Assembly (NCBI GenBank): GCA_951406725.2
Contig: OX597817.1
Coordinates: forward strand, 106,454,001 to 106,518,000
DNA: 64,000 bases
Direction: 5' to 3'
Origin: Octopus vulgaris
Taxonomy: Eukaryota
Both the position numbers and the translations under genes were made by a program. Shown piece after piece: positions 62,820-64,000 of this stretch. The notes beneath the pieces are model-generated. The model ran no database searches and had not been told where the DNA came from. It saw only the letters and a list, made by a program, of their open reading frames with translations. Position 1 is the stretch's first letter, and each line of letters opens with the position of its first letter.

Positions 62820-64000
62820 TTAGGTCATACCATAACTAATGCAGTTTTTTTATACTTTTATTTTCCAAAACTAAGATAAACAAAGTTATTTTTCAATCTA
62901 AAATATACTTTCCTTCATTTTCTACAATGATCCTCCATCTATCTGGTAGACTTGCAAGGCCCCTCTTCCAAAGTTCACTTGTCCATGACATAAAAATACT
63001 CCTCCAGTACTGTTCTGACCTCATCCACACAATTAATGGTTCAGAGCACCACGACATGTAATCATGGAGGTATGAGTTCGAGTCTCATATCCGGCCACCA
63101 ACACTTTTTTCTGCAAAACAGGGGTAGCTTATCTTGTTCAGGCTATATTATTAGTATTATCCTGCATTTGAGAATTTAAAATCACTTCTTTGACTTTCTC
63201 ACACGATTCGTATTTTTTCTGTCCAAATGATTTTGAAGACTGTGGAATAAATGATAATCAGATGGGGCAATGTCCTGCAAATATGGTGGCATCATTTCCC
63301 GTTCAAACTGCTCCAGTCTTTGGAATGTCATCCTCGCTATATGTGGTTGAGCATTATCCTGATGGAAGAACACCATTCATCTTGAAACCAAAGACAGTCA
63401 TTTTCCTTCTAGCATTGATTTATGCTGCTCAAGCTGCTTGCAGTAGATCTCTTTTGTTATCATTTGGTTTGAGTTTAGAAGTTTGAAGTGGACTAAACCT
63501 TTCGTATTCCACCAAACAGATACCAATGACTTATGTGGGTGAAGACCTTCTTTAACCTGGGGTGCCGGTATTTTTCCTTTCCCTACCCACTGTCTTTGGC
63601 ACTCAACATTTTTATAGAGAACTCATTTCTTGTCACCAGTAACTATTCAGTCCAAGAAAGGTTCATTCGTGAGACATGACAGCAAAGAAGAGCACATACT
63701 CACTCTCTGCATGCAATTGGACTTGGAAAGTTTATGAAGAACCCATTGACCCAATTTGCTGACTTTTCCGATGGCATGCAGGTGTCAATGAATGGTTGAA
63801 TGACCAAATCCAAGCTTCTCTGCTAGTTCCTTAACAGTTACAATGGGATTTTGTTCCATCAGGGTTTGCAGGGAATCCTCATCACGCTCTATAGATCTTC
63901 CAGGATGAGGCTCATCTTCTAGGCTGTAGTTTCCAGCTCGGAATTTCTGGAACTACTGTTGATACTGGCTTGCGTTTATTGTCCGATCCCCATACACTGC
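62820..64000 (-). mobile_element. Decayed mariner transposon (continues beyond window)
   Basis: KLGQWVLHKLS, IVTGDKK*V, HQDNAQPH and DIAPSDYHLF, with C-terminus VENEGKYILD* (stop 62893-62895). TIR TTAGGTCATACCATAA after TA. Interrupted by a small insertion at about 63040-63185. Confidence 0.88.

Noticed and set aside
63040-63100. tRNA-like GGTTCAGAGC...GAGTTCGAGTCTC...CCA segment
   Set aside because: Cloverleaf incomplete and it sits as an insertion in a mariner relic; more likely a SINE head than a functional tRNA gene.

Overview
AT-rich, microsatellite-dense eukaryotic (animal) genomic DNA, almost certainly a cephalopod (Octopus-like). Most ORFs in the supplied track are microsatellite artefacts or decayed transposon fragments. 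The one clear host gene is a + strand tropomyosin. It has canonical muscle-type exon 1 (46474-46587, aa 1-38) and exon 2 (47497-47622, aa 39-80). Inside its next intron lies a large alternative first exon (51954-52523, 190 aa) encoding a low-complexity Lys/acid-rich head that ends in MIKFAIISTELQNVLQVSLKR, which resembles the atypical Drosophila Tm1-I/C isoform; the shared exon 3 is not in the window. The first 46 kb is intergenic and holds decayed RTE, Tx1/L1, CR1-like and Penelope retroelements, hAT and Tc1 transposase relics, MITEs, Helitron/Helentron-type ends and several SINE families; R4/Dong-like and mariner relics lie in the intron. Other highlights: a SINE variant sharing its 3' tail with the Tx1-like LINE and sitting at a fixed site within its own family, a hammerhead-like motif beside a Penelope relic, a CRE/CArG/MCAT cluster, and an abrupt CpG-depletion boundary near 53.9 kb. 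Family assignments come from motif recognition, not database searches, and element boundaries are approximate unless termini are quoted.
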